A stretch of DNA of 63,941 nt, counting the filler, from Reticulomyxa filosa (Eukaryota > Protista > Foraminifera), in assembly GCA_000512085.1 (NCBI GenBank). It is 25 parts of 25 records of this genome, joined end to end, with 100 filler letters (N's around TTAATTAATTAA, not from the genome) between each part and the next. Parts side by side here need not be neighbours in the genome. Positions count along the whole stretch, not along the records: positions 62,742 to 63,941 come from ASPP01044310.1; 24 more parts are not named here. One strand, written 5' to 3'. The first letter of the stretch is position 1, and each line of letters begins with the position of its first letter. A model generated the notes under the pieces. That model worked only from the letters and a program-made list of their open reading frames with translations, was not told the origin of the DNA and made no database searches. Position numbers and translations under genes: made by a program. Shown here piece after piece: positions 63,628 to 63,941 of the stretch.

Positions 63628-63941
63628 TGTACTTTTGAAATTCCACTTTCTAGGCCATATTGTTTTACTAATGATGGTAGCATAGTTAAAATAAGTTGAA
63701 GAAGAAATGGTTCTTCCGCCATTTTTTGAAAGTTTGGATAATTATTTAATATTTCTTCATATTTATTTAGTGTCCAATCATTATTATCACCAATCTTCTT
63801 ATTTCTAGATTGCATTTGTTGTTTTGTAAATGGCCATAAGTGCATCATTGATGTATTATTTTGGTTCATACCAATTAAATTATTTTTAATACAATCGTCA
63901 TTCAATACTATGTAAGACTGTAATTTGTTCACTTTTATTTT
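63628..63941 (-). CDS. Fragment of a NACHT/STAND NTPase (post-P-loop helical region)
   Basis: LWPFTKQQMQS...YEEILNNYPNFQKMAEEPFLLQLILTMLP matches the STAND pattern (L.PF...QI..Y, L...PFLL.L). No Walker motifs on this contig. Confidence 0.6.

Noticed and set aside
1-63941. Caspase, ART, RNF213-like and NACHT genes as a physically clustered defence island
   Set aside because: They lie on different concatenated contigs, so adjacency is an artefact. Only the shared Kelch homology is real evidence.

Overview
This is not one continuous locus. It is 25 short contigs joined by 24 identical 100-nt artificial linkers (44 N + TTAATTAATTAA + 44 N), so neighbourhoods across linkers are meaningless. The DNA is very AT-rich and eukaryotic, with short GT-AG introns, homopolymer and (TA)n tracts, and many pseudogenes. 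The WD40, Kelch and NACHT families strongly resemble those of the foraminiferan Reticulomyxa filosa (inference from recalled motifs, no search run). Recognisable content: a disrupted Kelch-propeller + caspase-like (C14) protease fusion; an ADP-ribosyltransferase + Kelch + linker + WD40 fusion using the same Kelch family; an RNF213-like C-terminus with an RZ-type zinc finger; a NACHT-type fragment; several WD40 genes and relics; a protein carrying a dynein stalk/microtubule-binding segment with no room upstream for a motor; a divergent kinesin; BSD, UBA-like, ankyrin, HYR+TM, PAQR and RING-like genes; a poly(A) polymerase pseudogene; a decayed LINE; and Tc1/mariner-like and other inverted-repeat element ends. 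The best candidate for an undescribed system is a modular repeat-sensor + swappable enzymatic effector (ART or caspase) family, resembling an innate-immune or conflict repertoire in a protist.
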